This document shows positions 62,599 through 64,000 of a DNA stretch of 64,000 bases, in pieces. This DNA comes from Selaginella moellendorffii. Lineage: Eukaryota; Plantae; Lycopodiophyta. Location: contig NW_003314271.1 of the NCBI RefSeq assembly GCF_000143415.4, positions 2,214,806-2,278,805 of the forward strand, written 5' to 3'. The notes under the pieces were generated by a model that worked only from the letters and a program-made list of their open reading frames with translations, did no database searches and was not told the DNA's origin. Made by a program: the position numbers and the translations under genes. Position 1 is the first letter of the stretch. Each line of letters begins with the position of its first letter.

Positions 62599-64000
62599 AT
62601 GGCAGCTGCGGCGCTCGATCTGGCGCTACGCTTCGGTGAAACGCCGACGCTGGACGTTTTCGAGGACGACACGACGATTCCCCGGAGGAAGAAGAGGCGC
62701 TCTTCGGCCAGACGAGTAAGCTTCGCCGAGATTCAGACCGTCCATGTCTTTCCTAGGGACGATGAGTACGCAACTCCTCCTGGAGGAGTAGTGGAGGTTG
62801 CCTCTCAGCCTCTACGCAAATCTCCAAGGCTTGCCGCTAGGAGCCAATCTCTAGACTCCACAGACCATAATCCCATCGCCAACGCCGCGTAAGTTTGTTT
62901 GCTTTCTAGGAAGATAAAAACTGACGCTCCACAATGAATGTAGATCTGAGGATGATGAGGAGGCTGCTGGCCCAGTTGATATCAATCACATCGTTCAAGC
63001 CAACCTGGGATCTCCTTCTCTCGAGGACGATATCACGTTGGATAGCACAACGTTTTCAGCTAAACTCTGTCGATTCAACGACGATGACACAGCGGCTGAA
63101 GCAGAGGAGGTCTCCAGGCGTCCCGGATCACTGGAAAGTGATATGAGCTTCACGGTGCAAAATCCTCGAAGACCACCAGAGGCAGTGCCAACAGATTCGC
63201 CGCCAGTTTCTCTCGATCGGACCCTGTCAATGCAGTACACGGAGATGGTTGACGCTGGGGCACTGGCTCAAAAGCGTCGGAGAGTTTTCAGAGCTTCTCC
63301 TCGTTTCAAGGGGAAGGAAAACAGGAGTCCACTATCTTCAGCGAGATCCGTCCCACCGAAGAAGCTCCAGGACATCACTGTACCTCAAGTCACTTCGAGT
63401 CCATCATCTCCTGCGAGAGCAATCCCACCGAAGAAGCTCCAGGATATCATGGTACCTCAAGTACTTTCAAGTCCAAGTCCATCATCACCTGCGAAGGCAA
63501 TCACAGCGAAGAAGCTCGAAGGCATCACTCTACCTCAAAGTCCACCAATTCCTGAGAGATCCACCACACCGAAGAAGCTCCAAGACATCACGGTAACACC
63601 CCAAGTGACTGCACGTACATTATCTCCTGTAAAAGCAACCGCACCAGAGCAACACCAGGACATCACAGTCACTCCTCAAGTGCCTTCGAGTCCACCGTTT
63701 CCGACGTCAATAGCGCCGGAAGAGCTCAAGGGTACGGTTACAGCTCAAGTTCCTCTTCAAGATCCTTCCGCTGTGGCGAGCCCTAACATCCAAATGAATT
63801 CCAAGTTGCCCGCTGTCGACCAGGAGAAGGAACTTGCTGAGTTGCGAAGCGAACTCCAGGTATTGTCTTCTGCTAGTTTTTTTGGCTTCTTCTGAAGAAA
63901 AATGAATTACAGGAAATGCACGATAAGAACGAACAACTGAAAGCAATCATGAAAGAACTGGAAGACCAGAAACGAGTGTTTTCACTGACGTCGGAGTCGT
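62599..64000 (+). CDS. KNL1: Kinetochore scaffold KNL1/Spc105-like protein (5' part)
   Basis: RRVSFAEIQTVHVFPRDDEYATPP (RVSF PP1 site in the plant KNL1 context), EDDITLDSTTFS, DMSFT, then a coiled coil running off the window. Confidence 0.82.

Noticed and set aside
63340-63760. Regularly spaced repeats as a CRISPR-like array
   Set aside because: Eukaryotic, in-frame coding repeats whose 'spacers' are related to each other; no cas genes.

Overview
Gene-dense plant nuclear DNA. Very short introns (~50-60 nt), tiny intergenic spacers, GC-rich exons and a single-exon PLS-PPR gene suggest a lycophyte such as Selaginella moellendorffii (inference, not verified). About 24 intact protein genes can be reconstructed by hand splicing. 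In order: an orphan gene present as an inverted pair (1-1110 and 9095-10240) bracketing a PLS-E PPR gene, a receptor-kinase fragment and a CYP72-clan P450; a heme-binding DOMON/EB_dh protein; an anthranilate-PRT-like protein; a Macro-domain protein; ARGLU1; CBL; an RHF2A-like RING ligase; SEC23D-like; a tiny SWIM-like protein; ABCB29; hnRNP Q-like; a CID/PAM2-RRM protein; cytosolic invertase; histone H1; an amaranthin-aerolysin toxin; complex I ferredoxin; BCKDH E1-alpha; a BCH/CRAL-TRIO protein; RopGEF; HIGD; and KNL1 (runs off the window). A ~8.8 kb AT-rich island (30.7-39.4 kb) of decayed transposon DNA contains a ~1.75 kb diverged palindrome and duplicated minisatellite units. The most notable candidates are the conserved inverted orphan pair sharing a promoter with the P450, two decayed Crinkler-type NTPase genes (one directly behind an unusual Macro protein), a repeat array in KNL1, a structured poison-exon intron in ARGLU1 and the SWIM-like microprotein. 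No tRNA, rRNA or CRISPR array was seen. All family assignments are from motif recall, with no database search.
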